From assembly GCA_000708835.1 (NCBI GenBank), contig DF237052.1, positions 1 to 64,000 of the forward strand: a stretch of 64,000 nucleotides of DNA. The letters run 5' to 3'. Source of the stretch: Klebsormidium nitens (lineage: Eukaryota > Plantae > Klebsormidiophyceae). The first letter of the stretch is position 1, and the number at the start of each line of letters is the position of its first letter. The translations under genes and the position numbers were made by a program. The notes under the pieces are model-generated. The model searched no databases and was not told where the DNA came from. It saw nothing but the letters and a program-made list of their open reading frames with translations. This document shows positions 51,001-64,000 of this stretch, one piece after another.

Positions 51001-53864
51001 GCAACTTATCAGACTAGCTGTCCCCTATTCCCTTGCAGGCGTACGACATCGATTTCTTTCCATGAGCTTCCACATGTCTTCCTGCGCTTGTGCAACAAGC
51101 CCCTCTTTCAAGACTTCAGGGGCCTGCAAAGTACGTTCATTGCTCCCCTTTCAGAGAAACAAACCCTCTACTGTTTGCAGGACTCTCCTGCGCTTGCCCA
51201 ACAAGCCCAGTTCCGTGACAACCTGGGCACTTACGATCCAGTTTCAGGCGTGTTCTACACCAACCTCTTTGACAAAACTGTGGACGCTACTTACGCAGCA
51301 CTCAACAAGACTGGCTACCCGGACGTCGATCTGCTGATTGGGGAGGTGAGACACGCTTGCTTCGCTTCAGAACACTCAGTTCTGCCAGCAAAGTGCAGGT
51401 TGGTCAAACTGCGCCTTTCAAGGAGAGTAGACGCAGTGCTGGGATGGAGCGAACCCATCTACTCGCTGGAAGGAAATTCCACCTCCCGAAAACACGTGTC
51501 AGAAAGCACTGTTGCTATTCTTACGCAGCGTTCAACAACTTCGGTTGAGCACGCTTACCCTGGAAGAACACTCGCTAGCGTCTTAATGTCCGTTGAAACG
51601 TAGGCAGTGCGGGTGGCCACGTGTTGCCAGCATAGCAACAGCGCAGTACGTGGTCCGAGATCCTCTATGTTCATGTTTCCGCCGTCTTTATCTGGCCGAC
51701 TTTTGCCAGTGAGGTATCTGCGCTTCAGTACGGCTGCGGGCAGCACTTATGCCAGCATCAGGACGGCAGTGGTTTGAAGTTTTCCAACCTGCTTCCTCTT
51801 GTCATCGGAGGTTTGCTTGCTCCTTGTTTCTCCAACCTAATTCCTGTCGTCATTGGAGGTTTGCTTGCTCTCATTTTCATGGCATCTTTGTTCCCAACGC
51901 AGTGCGGCTGGCCGACAGCTGGCAGCACTTACGCCAGCATTGCCACGGCCCGGCAGTTCAATTCGGACTTCACGAAGCGGTGCCTCAGCGGACAGGGCAC
52001 GCCCGGACACTCCAACCGGACGCTGGGCTGTTTCCTCTTTGAGCTGCTGGACGAGGACCTGAAAGAGACGGGGCCCGGGCCGTTTGAAACGTCGTGGGGT
52101 GTCTTCAACGCAACAGTAAGGCTTGTGCTCTTATTGCAGTTTCCTTTGGATTGGGTGCTAGCTGGAAAAAAAAGCTGAGAAGAGGGACCAAGGGCGTTGA
52201 AGTCTCACCGAACCCTCTGGTTGGGATCGTTAGTCCCGTTTTCAGTGCTTAATCAAGAGCTCGGAGACACAATCCGGCCCGCTTGAAGCGTCCTGAGGCG
52301 TCGAAAGCAGAACGATACGGACTTCGCTTGCGATGAGCTTTCTGCTAGTTCATTGGAGATGTCGGACAAGGACAGGCTTACGGACGTTTGAGTCGTCCTC
52401 GATCACTACGGCTTCGCTTTCCCTTCTTCAGAGTGTCAGCAGATGGTGGGTTGCTCTTTCCAAACAAGGGCTTGTATCTTCGTTCTGACGAGATCCGGTT
52501 ATCAAAGGCCGCCAAAGCAAGCGATCAGCACGTTCCCTCCGTGCACGTTGCCTTCGGCTGCTTTTACCAGTAGGTGGACTACTATGTACTGGGAGACCCC
52601 AGACATATTTTACAATGTTTTCATGCGTCTTATTGTTGGGAGAAAGCGGATCGTAACAACCGGAAGTTGCTGACAGAACCTTCCATAAGTGCTGCAGGGC
52701 TATCCCATGTACGACATCGATTTCACCAACACCACTTTCTTTCAAGCGGACGGTCTGCCGAAGCGGTGGTGCGTGGCAGGGAACATCCAGAACGAGGCGC
52801 TGCTACAGTGAGACTCTCTCGCCTCTTCTTCTCAATGACAGTCTACGGCGGTGCAGAAGCATGCCTCAGAATGGGACGGCGTTCAGCCAAGGCCTCTCAT
52901 CGTTGCCTGTATCAAAGCTGGCTCTCCGGTTGATGCTTCCGGGCGGGAGGGCTTTTTGGCGCTTGGGTCCGGGCAAAACTGCAACCTTTTGGTAGGAAGA
53001 ATGCAGCCTAAGCACGCCGCGGACTGGAGAAACGCCTTCCTCTTGCTCTCCACTTGCATTCCCACTCAGTCCGACTGCGTGCTTCCAAACGTGCGGGGCA
53101 ATAGGAGGCGCCCAACGGTTTCCAGTCCGGTTGTCATGTCTGATCTCCCGTGCGCAATCCCCGTGCAGGAGTGTGGTCTCCTCGGTGTGTGGCTTCAACA
53201 GCACGGAGTGCTTGGACATTGCCCCCGGGGGGGCTTGCTTCTCGCCCCCCTCCAATATGACGACGACGCAGCTGCATGCTTCTTATGCACTCAATCGGCA
53301 GTACCAGCTGAACAAGCAGGTGACGTTCTTGCATGCCCCTATTGACCCTTTTGGGGTTTTTGTTTAGAAAAGCTCTTTTACGGGAATCAATGACAATCCC
53401 ATTTTCACAGAGCCCGTCCTTTGTGATTCGTTGAAAAGTGCCTTGTTAAGAATTGGGTGATGATGCAAGCCAACATGACAGACTTTGCTTTCTGGCCTAC
53501 GTACTAATCCTGAGACCCGGACTTTGCTCAGATGCGAAGAGGTGTCTTGTTCAAAGGCCTCGAAGGACGGGTCCAGATCTTCGACAACAAATGAAGACCT
53601 CAAAACAGTTGTCACATCACAAGGCGTCCAAATACGTTTCTCGGCTTCTAATGTTTTCTTCGACTCTCTTCGCAGAACCCTCAAAGTTGCAACGGGGTCG
53701 TTGTTACCACAGACCCCTCATTCAGCTACTGCAAGTTCGAGATTGGTACCAAGGTCACTCCAATCATGGGCCCTCCAAACGCAATAAGTCCCGCTATCGT
53801 AAGCAGACCGCTTACAGGGTTGACGGTGTTCGTTCTCATCGGCATGCTGTTATTCACCTTTTAG
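48014..53864 (+). CDS. Glucan endo-1,3-beta-glucosidase (GH17) with C-terminal X8 (CBM43) domain and GPI-anchor-type tail
   Basis: Exons 48014-48205, 48561-48638, (part in gap)-49911, 50199-50294, 50661-50816, 51181-51345, 51903-52115, 52698-52807, 53169-53319, 53676-53864. Signal peptide then GVNYG; VGNEV (acid/base Glu); FMVNVYPF; YTNLFD; IGE|CGWPT (nucleophile Glu); FELLDEDLK. X8: WCVA...C...C..IAPGGACF...HASYALN...DPSFSYC. Hydrophobic C-terminus LTGLTVFVLIGMLLFTF*. Confidence 0.92.
49032..49798. other. Assembly gap (N run) inside the GH17 gene
   Basis: Run of n. It probably hides a few codons between ...VPND and KTADDWV. Confidence 1.
51783..51872 (+). repeat. 48-bp two-copy tandem repeat in a GH17 intron
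   Basis: tccaacct...gtcat(c/t)ggaggtttgcttgctc at 51783 and 51831. Confidence 0.85.
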
Positions 53865-54134
53865 ATGAATGCGGAACAGCGTCTATCACTAGAGGTTCGT
53901 AGTCGAAGGGGTTTGCTAGGCAAGATCAGTCTCACTATAAGAAGGCGTGTGGGGCTTTGAGCGGGTTTGGCCCGTTAGAGCGTCGATCTGTCTGTCCTAA
54001 GTTATTGACAACAAGAGAGCCGCCTGCGCAGCGGAGATTCTGGTGGAGTCATGACCGTAAAATCTGTACCGATTGTACAATAGCCAGAAGAAAGCGTAGT
54101 GTTTCAATGTAGTATTTAGGCTGATGCTAGAGAC

Positions 54135-54198
54135 GGCACTGAAGACGAGGCCTGGCACGTAGGCCACAAACTTACGGTGAACCAATTCTACTGATGCC
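54135..54198 (+). ncRNA. C/D-box-like unit
   Basis: GGCA-CTGAAGA...CTGGC acgta GGCCA...CTGA-TGCC. Confidence 0.45.
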
Positions 54199-57100
54199 AT
54201 CTGAAAACTTGGCTTCGTGTCTTAGTGCTCCACGTGCCACTTAGGTGGCACTGTTTAGGTCAGGCCGCCCGTTTGAGAGTCACACAGTATGTCCGTTCGT
54301 CCTAGCGCAGCTCGTGATCTTTTTGCCAATGGTAGCTATATGATCAAGATGCACAATCTTCTGGCTTGAATCTGGTATGCGTCAACGCTCGAAGACTCCG
54401 AAATGCTTCGTAGATTGCCGCCGCAAGTGGAAACTGTTTGTTTGGTCGTTTGGGTGATGGGCGATGATGTAGAGCGTACGTGGCCATTGCGGCCAGTACA
54501 AGTCAAGTCAGCTTGCCGCAGATCGATGCCCTCGCTGCTTTCTCCCCTCTCATTTTAAAGAGAGTTCGGCTCTTCCCTGACTCAGTAATATGGTGGCCTG
54601 TACGCAATTCTAATGCTCCTGGCTGCACGTCTGAAAGAATCTGTACTCACCAAGCTGCTTGCGATCGTTTCTTTATTGTTATTCTTCCCCAACAGCGCAA
54701 CTTGCTTCGAGTGTTATGTGTGGACATATCCTCTGACCTAAAAGTGGACCCCAGAGAGGCGTTGAGAGCATGCTTGTAACTGAACGAGGGCGACCGGCCG
54801 GGCGCTCTAAATTCGTGCCCCCAGGTCTGCCCGCGCGCGCGCCACCACCGCGCTCGCTTGACAGTGTAGCGCCCGCTCGTGTCACGTGTAGCGCGCGCGC
54901 ACGCTCGCCTCGAACAAAGTGTTGGCGGTCTCACTCAATGCTAGGCCCAGCAGCGCACACTGGCAAGGCCGTTCAACCGTGCCGACTCGCACGCGTGCGC
55001 ATAGTGTTGGCCCTCCGAGTGCGCTAATTGCCCGGTGGCTTTCGCGCGGCCGTGTGGCCTTGCGCTTGCGCGCGCGTTGCCCATACGAGCGCTGCGTTCG
55101 AGTAGCTGTGGAATAGTTACGTGCCGGCCATGACCCGCAAAATCTGTTGGGTTGCGAGCTCAAGCGTTGAGTTTAGGAAGCGAATGACGGCCGAAAATCC
55201 TGTTCTTCAGATTACATGATAGAATTCCTTCCACTTTGCCTTACCGTGGTGAAATCCGATCAAAAGGATCCTCGAATCTCGTCTGATTTCCCACGTTACC
55301 TCAGCTGCCTTTGCATTTGAGTATGTCGGCTCAGAGGATGGGCTTTTTCGGCAGCGCGCGGTTGTCCTCACGAACGGCGGGGATTGTTCCATCCTTAATT
55401 TAGCTGGCTTTCCATTTCAGCCATTAAGCTAGCAGTGCGCAAGAGAACGTCTCGTGATCTGCTTGGTGATCAGTGGCCTTCGTTTCTGGTCATGATCAGT
55501 TGGCAATGAATTCGGCGATCTGATTCGACCTCGCGGTCAAGGAGCGCAATCGCTAGCGCAGTCTCGTTTGGATGCCCACTCTGCCGCATGCTGCAAGCGC
55601 GCCAGATCGAACACACGCTTCCGCTTAAACGGCCGCGGATCGCTTCCTCGGAACGCGTCAAATGACTGTTAGAAGACAATCTTACGGGCTCAGATGACTA
55701 TCGGTCGGGTCTTGCAGCCTTTTGAACAGTCAACTTTTTGAATACCGCATTTACCGGAGATCGCAAGGTTCTAGTGCATCTCAGGGTTGCAAATTTTCTT
55801 GGTGCGTTGCCACTTTATCACAGCAGCTCAGTAGCGGCACGCAGGTACAACCATATCGCCGGATTTAAAAACGGAAGGGCCAGCGGCGATGCGGACGTCC
55901 GAAGTCTGGTTCCCGACGTGGCAAAGAGCCAAATAAATGACGGCGTCAACCTCTCGAAGCCGCGCCCAGTATAGCCCACCGTCTACTTTTGCAATTTACG
56001 AACTTCCATGCTCCTCCTTTCAGACGAGGCCATGGTCCTACTGGGGCTTATTTGGACGGACGCTGACGTACTTAGAGTATTTTAAATTTTACGAAAGTGG
56101 GTCAGGTCATTATTCGGACGGCCGCACGGCTGCGCCGTACTTCACACATCTTTTCCTCAAGACAGACCACGGGGCCTTTAATCTGCAGTCGTGCTTGGTC
56201 AAAGGGGATCGTCATTTCGCCCGACGAAGTGTTACGCTCTGACACCTGTCAGCTCCGCTAAAGTTCGGAACAGCTCTTCCGTTTGCTGAAATCAGCAGCA
56301 GGGCCGGCCGTGCCTGCGCTTCATAACCTGGTTGCCAAACGAGGTCGAATCAACTCTGCAAGTATGATCAAAGCTAACGAGTACCTGATCTTCACGCAGG
56401 AAGCACATGAGAGTCCTACGCAATTTTTTTTTCAGAGGATTTTTACAAATTCGTTGAAACAGGTCCCTACGCACTAGTGCTAATATTTGATTCGTTTTCG
56501 CTTGTCTGCCCACTTGGTATATTTGCTTGCTTTAAAAAAGGACGATTGACGTTGGGCTATGACAAAGCACGCGCCTGGCCTTCCGGAGGCTACGCACCGT
56601 CGTGTAATTGATCAGCTTGTCGGCTGTGACTAGATGCTCCGTCCGTCAGGCGCCCTTGCGCCGCGTTGCAGGTGACCGCTCTTTTATGCGTCGAAGTACC
56701 TTTCGACGCATACATTAATGCGTTTGCTCGCGGGTTAGCCGAGTCGGATCGTATTCAGATAATTTGTACCAACTCCTTCAAGAGCCCGGCTCAGTCAGCG
56801 TACCGCCTGCCGCTTTCGCTATGAGCCTTCGCATGCAGCAGTACGCACGCTTCGGTTAGCGGCAAAGTAGCCAGCTCTGACGTCAACCTTTTTGAGGCTG
56901 CTTCGAGGGACTTTCAAACCGAGCAGCATATCTCTGCTTATTATGGAGTGGCCTGGCCATGATCACAAATCGTAAAGCTGACCCGGGGCCTGGCGGTTCC
57001 TTTGTCAGGGATGTTTTTCATCTCTTTTGTGAAGCCGCTCAAAGGCCGTGGTCTTCGTCTCAGCGCCCGCTGGGAAGGTCGTTGTCGCCGGTCTTCGCGT

Positions 57101-60100
57101 CCGTGCTTTTCCGCACAACAGCTGCTCGCGCGCGTCCGACCACCTTTGCTCTTGAATGGCGCGCTGCCAATTTCTTACCCGGCGCGCTCGTGCGCCGTTC
57201 TGCTAAGCGTGTTGTACCATGCACCCAATAGCCGGACTTGGTTTAACACAGTCGTAGAGATGGTTCTAGTCTTCGAGCGGTTCAAGGTGAAGGATGCGAG
57301 ACTGCTGACATATCTTTCAAACGCGATCCAATGGGCTCGATAAGTCAAGAGCGGAACGTTTGAAGTTGGCCATGAGTAACAACTTTGAAGAGCCATGGCG
57401 GTCCCTCTGCCAGTAGAAGAGCTAGATGTTGAAGCCAATAAGGGGCCGTGCATTGGAGCAGATTCCAACGTCTGATTCAGCGTCTCCGAGAAGGTCACGT
57501 CTTGCGGTCGCTGCGGCCACACGTCACCGCAGGCCGCGCTCGCGCACACCTGTGCTCTTCCGTTCGGGCGCGCGCGCGCCGAAGTACCCCTGCACAATGG
57601 CGCTCGGTCCCGCGCGCACGGCGCGCTATTTCCGGGCAAGCGGGCGTTGCATGATCTACCTTAGCCGGGCAGTACAAATTAGCTTCGGCTCATGACACAG
57701 GGCTTTCTAGAAAGGAACCGTACGAGACCAACGGCAATGAGAACATATTAATGGCTCTGCAAGCCATTTGAAGTGCTCTCATTGATGGCCGTCTGTAGCC
57801 AAGGGCAATCGGGACTTTCCAGAGGCTTCAAATTCCTTTTGCCCTTGCGGAGCTCAAAGCATTTATCTTTTCTGCAGGGAACCGAAGGCAGCAGCAATAC
57901 CAGTTCTTAGAAAGCCTTGAATCGTGCACCTGCCGTGATTGAAAACCATAAGGAAGTGTCCCCTTTACGCCCTCTCTACCGCTCCCTTTCTGAAAAGGAG
58001 TTCTTCGAGAAGATGCTGACTCCCCGTCACTGCTGGAAGCAAATGGAAACTCTGCCGCTTGAGAGATACATATGTCTGGCCTGACGCCGACGTCGCACAT
58101 AGGAGCTCTGCCAGAAAGCACTTCCCCTTTTTAGGTACCTCAAAACTCAGACGTTCGGAAGTCGAAAATTTCAGTCCCCTCAACCGAGTCACTTAGGTGT
58201 AGTTAAATCTGGATTTGACTCGCTGGATTGCACGGCGGCCGGCATTTTGCTTTGAGATTTAGCCGCTTCTAAGCGTTCAATTGATCCCGAGATCTTTGTT
58301 ACGGTTTCTTTGATCAGCTCAGCACGTATGCCAAGAACGGACTGGAGCGGCCGTGATATGGTTTTGGATGTATGCTCCGCTTCGCTTCTGAAGTGGCTAT
58401 TTCAATCTGGGCAATGACGGAGAACACCTGGCCTGATTACGAAGCCAAGCCTTCTTCACGACAGATGCCTAGCCTCGCGTCAGTCATTCAGTCATGTTTA
58501 GCTTCGCGCCTGCGCACACCTCTTTGATTAGTGTAGATCCACGGTCACCCGAATGTTTGTTACTTCTGCCTAGCTACTTCCTGCTTTCTGGCCTCAATAA
58601 GCCGCGGCCGGCTCTGTCTCGGCTTCCGACCAATCAGCTTCCTGCAGAGCGTGTTTGAAAGGCAATCCCAAGATGCGCGCGCGCACAAAAAAGAAGCAAG
58701 GTGACTCACGGGGGGGCCCCGCACGGGGACCCAGCACGCGCGCAGTCGATCGCGGTAATTTACCAATGAAAGTGCGCGTCTTACAATCCGACAAACTCAG
58801 AGTACGTGTGCAGCCTAGCTGATGCAAATTCTCGCGGCCTGTTCGCATGGACATAGTTTTTGAGTGCTCTGACATTTACACTACCTGAAATCTCGGAGTG
58901 CCTGATCTAGAAGAGGTCAGCGCCCATAGGACACAAGATCAAACAGGACGTTTGCATGCTCATCTATACATGCTGCTGAAATTACCAGTCATGCGGCTTG
59001 TCAATGGAATTGAACAAGCACTCTCAAAGCTTTTGCTGGAGAGCAACGGTTATGACGAACTTAGCGGCTGGTATCCTGGCCGTTCGTTGCCGCTTTGCCG
59101 AATTCGAGTCCGTTTTTCCTGGCCCTTGGCTAATCAAATACAAACATTGATTGGCTTCAGTTGAAAGGAGGCCGGTCTACCACAACTCGTTAGAAACGGG
59201 CCTCTTTGCGACAGACGCTTGTATACCTTGGCCGCGGGTTTGCAGAGCAGCGCCCGGCCCTGTGACGTCGTTGGGAAGCTTCAATACTCCCTTCACAAGC
59301 TCCACATTTCACCGTTGAAGGAATCTCCCTAGAGTCTTGAGTCGCCTGCTCAAAGTCGTCAGGCTCTGGCAGCAAAGAACAGCAACAATTGAATCTTGTG
59401 ACGCACTTGCTTACGACGACGTTCGCAAAAGCTGCCCACGAGCACTAGCCGACCCAGTATACACCTAAATTTTGGGAACGGCTGGGGCATTAGTACATTT
59501 TTCAGGCAATGGGAAAGGACGTCACGAGACCTCATGGTAAGAGCAGTAGAGAAACGCGAGAACTGATTTTAAAGCGTGCCCTGAAGCCGCCTCCGTTAAG
59601 TTGTTTGTTTTCTTGCTGGCTGGCCCCAGCAGTGGGCTCATCGTGATCTTCGGATCTGTGTTTGATGCCACGTGCTTGGTAATATTGTCTGACCAGACTA
59701 GTTTCCAAGTCCGCTAGATTGAGCCGTTGTTGAAAACGTTGGTGCAGAATGAAAATGGAGGTGACGCTCCAAATTTGGTTGTTAAGATGACGGGCCCGGC
59801 CGCGATGGGCATGGGCTCAGAGCTCTGCTCCGCAAAGCAAAAGCGGAACAAGAGTCAATCCCACCCGCGACTCCGCTAGGTTGCATTCGACTATCCATCC
59901 CAGACGCGGCCGCGGTCGCGGCCGCCTCCAGCATCGCACAGACGCACCTATTCTGTCCGGCCTCTTTGGCGGCTGCGTCAAACGTGCGCGGCCGCGCTGC
60001 GCTCGCCTTGTTGTTGGCAACCGCTTTCGGTTCAAAGCAGATAAATCACCTAAAGGGCTCGCATATGACAGGCAAACTTCGCCCACTACATCATGAAAGA

Positions 60101-61960
60101 CGTTCCCGTTCCCGCTACTTCGTGAAAGAAAATTAATTTGTTCCGTCATGTTTGTCGAGCGCCCAGCCGCGCCCTACCGGGCCCAAAGTTCATTGAGGGT
60201 GGTCACCAAACTGGTAGGGCGGTTTCAAACCAATCCTCTTTGCTGCCGAAGTTGCTTCCTCGTCCCTAGGGACAACCATCATGAACGGTTGCATTCAAAT
60301 GCCTTTGAGAATTCTTGCAGAAAGTCAGTACGTATGACTTGATTGTCGGCGACTCCGATTGGGTGCATAATAAAGGTTGACAGGTTTGGACGTGGCAATG
60401 GACTCGAAACCTGGACCTCCTATCGGAGAGGTAATTCCCCATCGTGGCCCGTGATTGCCCAGTACACCGATGCCGTTCCAAGTTTCCCCTCGCCGCTCCT
60501 GCAACCATGCAAATACTGGGCCCTGAACACTTTGATTTAATCAATCTACGAACAGTCTGCAGTACTTTCTGCCTGCGGTGATCCATCAAATTGCAATGAG
60601 TTCGTTGAGAAGGTCTAGCCGTTTGATTCACTCTAAGGCGACAGTCGACTGGCGCTTTTTTTTACAACATTTTGGATATAATGCCCATATGAGCAACTTC
60701 AGTTTTTCAATTCGGCCATGATCTTCCAGCATATTTTCCTTTTCAACTTGACGCCTCCTGTGACGTCACATACGAGCTCTACCCGCTTTGATGGGCCCCA
60801 TACGCAAAAGGCGCATTATGCTGGATCAATCATCGTATATGAGAGCAATGACGATTAGAGTCTGGCACCTCTGGCCAGTAGTGAACTCGCTCTGCACGCG
60901 TAGCTAGCAATCGGCATGTTTGCGACATCTAACTCCACTCGGATCAAAGCGGCTCAAACTCGGCTAAGTCGATTCGGATATAATCCGCATCCAGTGTCCA
61001 GTTCTGAATGATTACTTTCTTTCACTTTCTTCGAGGTGTATAACCTCGTTTCGCAGTCAACCTTTTTAACACGAAAACTAGGCAATCTGGCAGGGCGAGT
61101 GGATGCAGAGCTCCTTGCTGCGTTTCCAGAGAGGTCGATCATTCACTCTTTCGTCTAGCTAGTGCCGCTCAGTGCGCTCCCGCGCGCATCGACATATCGG
61201 GGCGATCTGCGTATACGCAATCGACCCTGAGTGATATTGTCGGCGGCAGCCTGGGTGCCGCGGTCTCGCGCATTTGATGCCTACGTACATCAGCCGCGGC
61301 GTATATTGGGCACACGGTTATTATCCTTTGACAAGCAACAGAGTTACCGGTGACTCTTGTGTGCCCTAAAGTCACCAGAGTGCAATAAAGTCCTTATCTG
61401 GCCCTATCAAGCGAGGTTAATGTCAAGTGGTTTACCTCGTCCCACTGTCGTTGAACTTTCATTTGCCGTAAAAGGTGATGTATGAAAATAGTTTTCGAAA
61501 GATGTCAAGCTGTCCACCTTTCAGATAAGTGGAGTCATTCTGCTCCGCTCATAGACGGATTGTAGCCCTGGCTCTGAACCGTGAACGGCCTGATCTCACT
61601 TTTCGTCCGCACAACCAAGAAGGTGGCTCTCGAGCGGCGCGTAGATCGCGCAGATTTGCGCCAACCGCGCGCCGCGCCCAGTTCCCCCGCGCCCCTCGTC
61701 CGCCCGCGCGCGTTCCTCGGCGCGCCGCGCGCGCCCTTCTATTCTCGCCGGGCCGCAGGCGCGCGTTTACGGCGCGTCAGCTGAGCGGACGCAAATTGTG
61801 CCGGAGTGTTGATTGCTCTGCCTAAAGCACATTCTCCAATCATCAGCCCGATTGAGCATGCGAGTATGCCTCTCGTGTCATTGAATGGCAATGAATTGCC
61901 GCGTGCGTGTGCTCATGGCTAGCTGCCGTTCCGGCAAAGGTCACCACCATGTTCGGATGC
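54135..61960 (+). ncRNA. Array 2 of the same box C/D-like elements (+ strand)
   Basis: Units at 54135-54198, 54460-54530, 55502-55576, 58410-58469, 60394-60474; weaker starts at 57733 and 61887. Confidence 0.45.
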
Positions 61961-64000
61961 TATTTGATGTTTCCGAAATACTAAGTTACTGGTTTTTCTA
62001 ATCTCTCACTACATGCGCTCGGTCTGGACAATTCCAGCTGGTCTTCGATCCACCGTCCGCATGATTAGCAGAAAGAAAGCATTCCTAACACCGCCTGAAA
62101 AACGTACTGCGCGACAGAGAACCTGTGAACCTTTTCCGATGTGGCAGGTTGGGCGAATGATCCATCTATGCGTCTACCCTTCACGCCGACTGAGGTCCTT
62201 TTTCATGCGCGCGCTTGCACCATCTTCGATACTGTTGATCGATTACATATTTCAATCTTTCAGACTTCAGGTTGATCCTTCAAAGCTATTACCCAGGCAG
62301 TGAGGAAGCCCATCTGACTTTTTGAAGTCAGGCTCGCTTCTGGATAGGCACAGCCGATGCCTGTCAAGCTATTCTCCTTTTCTGTGGTGCAGCAGATTCT
62401 CAAATTGGGTCTCTGTTCTCTCTCGCTTGATCACCTCCGGGTTCCCGCTTTCGTAGAATTTGCAAATCACGTTGGAATCGAAACTCTGCGTGTGTACCCT
62501 GTTCGTTTAGCTCTCGAAGCCCCGAATCTGGTGATGCGGGCGTTCTGACGCCCTCCATCTGCATATGGAGAGTTGGCCCTGCAACATACTAGCCAACAGC
62601 CAGCTTGATTCTGCGCGTCTGCTGCTAAAGTCAGCGTTTACGCCCACCCTGGCGGCGGTACCTTTCGCTGAGATTCTCAGCCTTTTGACCAAAAAGAACT
62701 GATAAAGAACGGCATAAAGAACGGATGCCATGTGCACGCAAGGGGAGAATTCAATCGTCCAAATGGCAGGAAGCTTTGATAGTGTACACGTGGTCGTGCT
62801 GATGAGGTAATGGCTTTTTGGACCTAGTGCGCCAATTGTTGCACCTGAAGTACCTCTGTGAAGCCAGTTGGATTATCGGCAAATTGCCCACGTTCCCTCG
62901 TTTAACAATGACGTTGTCGTTTGATCGAAGTCGCCGTCGGATTTTGCTACAACCATTTGTAAGTGCTATTCGCCCTGGCAGAACAGACCCAACTGCTCTC
63001 CGCAGTCAGACCCGTCTTTCCATTGCCGCGCGCATGCGTTATCCTTTATCGGTCCGCTGAATCATCTATCTCCACGTATGCACCTCCTACTCAGATCACC
63101 CACACGGCTCATCATCATTTCAACTTCTGGCCTCCGCGATCGCTTGCAACTTTGAATTCTCAGAGCCTTATCGTCTAGCTTCCCCCCAACCAGACGTCTG
63201 CGCGGCGCAAGGGGGTGGTTTACTCATTGTGACTCCAGCTGGACGGTGGCTCGCTTCTTCGCACAGCATTTGCGGCCGCGCTGCCGCGTTCTAACTAGCT
63301 GTTTTTTGTCAGAAGGGTTCCAAATTGGGATTTGTACACACGTTTTCCTACATTCTTTTCGGCTCAACTACTGACCGGATATTGCTCCGACCCTGCCGGT
63401 GACAGACGTAGACTTACCGGATGCTGGCAATTCAAGCGTCCGACCAATGCTGCTGGCATTTCCAAGCGGTTTTAAGGCACGAAGTTGCGTCGCGTTGGGG
63501 GTGCAGCTCGTTTTCAGAGCACACGCGTGCCGTTTCGCCGTCAAAGCTAGAAGTTGACATCGTCGGCTTTGGCGCCTGCGCTAAGGACCCGGATCCGCTC
63601 TGAGCGCACGCAACTTGATACCTGCTAGTCGCAGAGTCACTTCAGCCAAATCTTGAAGAACCGGCAGTGCCGGCTTACAGCGTTCTAAGCCCACTTTGAA
63701 ACTTGCCATCACTTAGTAGCAACTCGTGAACATCCTAGGATTTTGTCTTGCTTGTCTGGTGCCCAGTAGCGCCCGCCCTTGATCATCCTTCGGGGCAAAG
63801 CGAGACGTCGATGGCTTTTTCACGATGGTTTTCTTCACGATGGTTCCTTCACGATCGACTTGAGAGATCACTGCCCGGCTGTCAGCGGCGGTTGAAAGAC
63901 GGTGCGATAACTGATACTCTTCGGCAAGCATAGACTTATGTTTAAACCGAATAACAAATCTGAGGGGTCGTCAAATCCGGCGAGCCTGGATTTGGCTTCG

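Noticed and set aside
53531-53594. Alternative last GH17 exon (cag|atgcgaagaggtgtc...tga)
   Set aside because: Lacks the X8 terminal C...DPS...C; the exon at 53676-53864 supplies it plus a GPI-type tail.
25321-61960. The GGCAATGA...GATGCC family as a CRISPR array or simple satellite
   Set aside because: Units are not identical, spacing is irregular (hundreds to thousands of bp), no cas-like genes are present, and the context is eukaryotic.

Overview
Eukaryotic genomic DNA with GT-AG introns and two assembly gaps. A streptophyte alga (Klebsormidium-like) is inferred from gene content and gene structure but not proven. Four protein-coding loci are supported. (1) An intronless secreted LRR-only protein of about 20 plant-type LRRs with one in-frame stop (988-2763, +). 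(2) A 7-exon transmembrane histidine kinase with a NarX/PilJ-like sensor and no visible receiver domain (~11919-4490, -). (3) An 11-exon NOP14 (14660-24450, +). (4) A GH17 beta-1,3-glucanase with X8 domain and GPI-type tail (48014-53864, +). Two unusual patterns stand out. First, the gene-free stretches 25-46 kb and 54-62 kb carry about 28 copies of a 57-81 nt element, all on the + strand, of the form GGCAATGA(TGA)...TGGCC-loop-GGCCA...(CT)GATGCC. It has box C/D (K-turn) architecture and copy-specific compensatory stems, so it is a candidate large array of orphan C/D-box-like small RNAs. Second, introns of all three spliced genes contain degenerate tandem 'echo' copies of neighbouring exon ends, often with the splice site. 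All alignments and counts were done by eye; no database searches were run.
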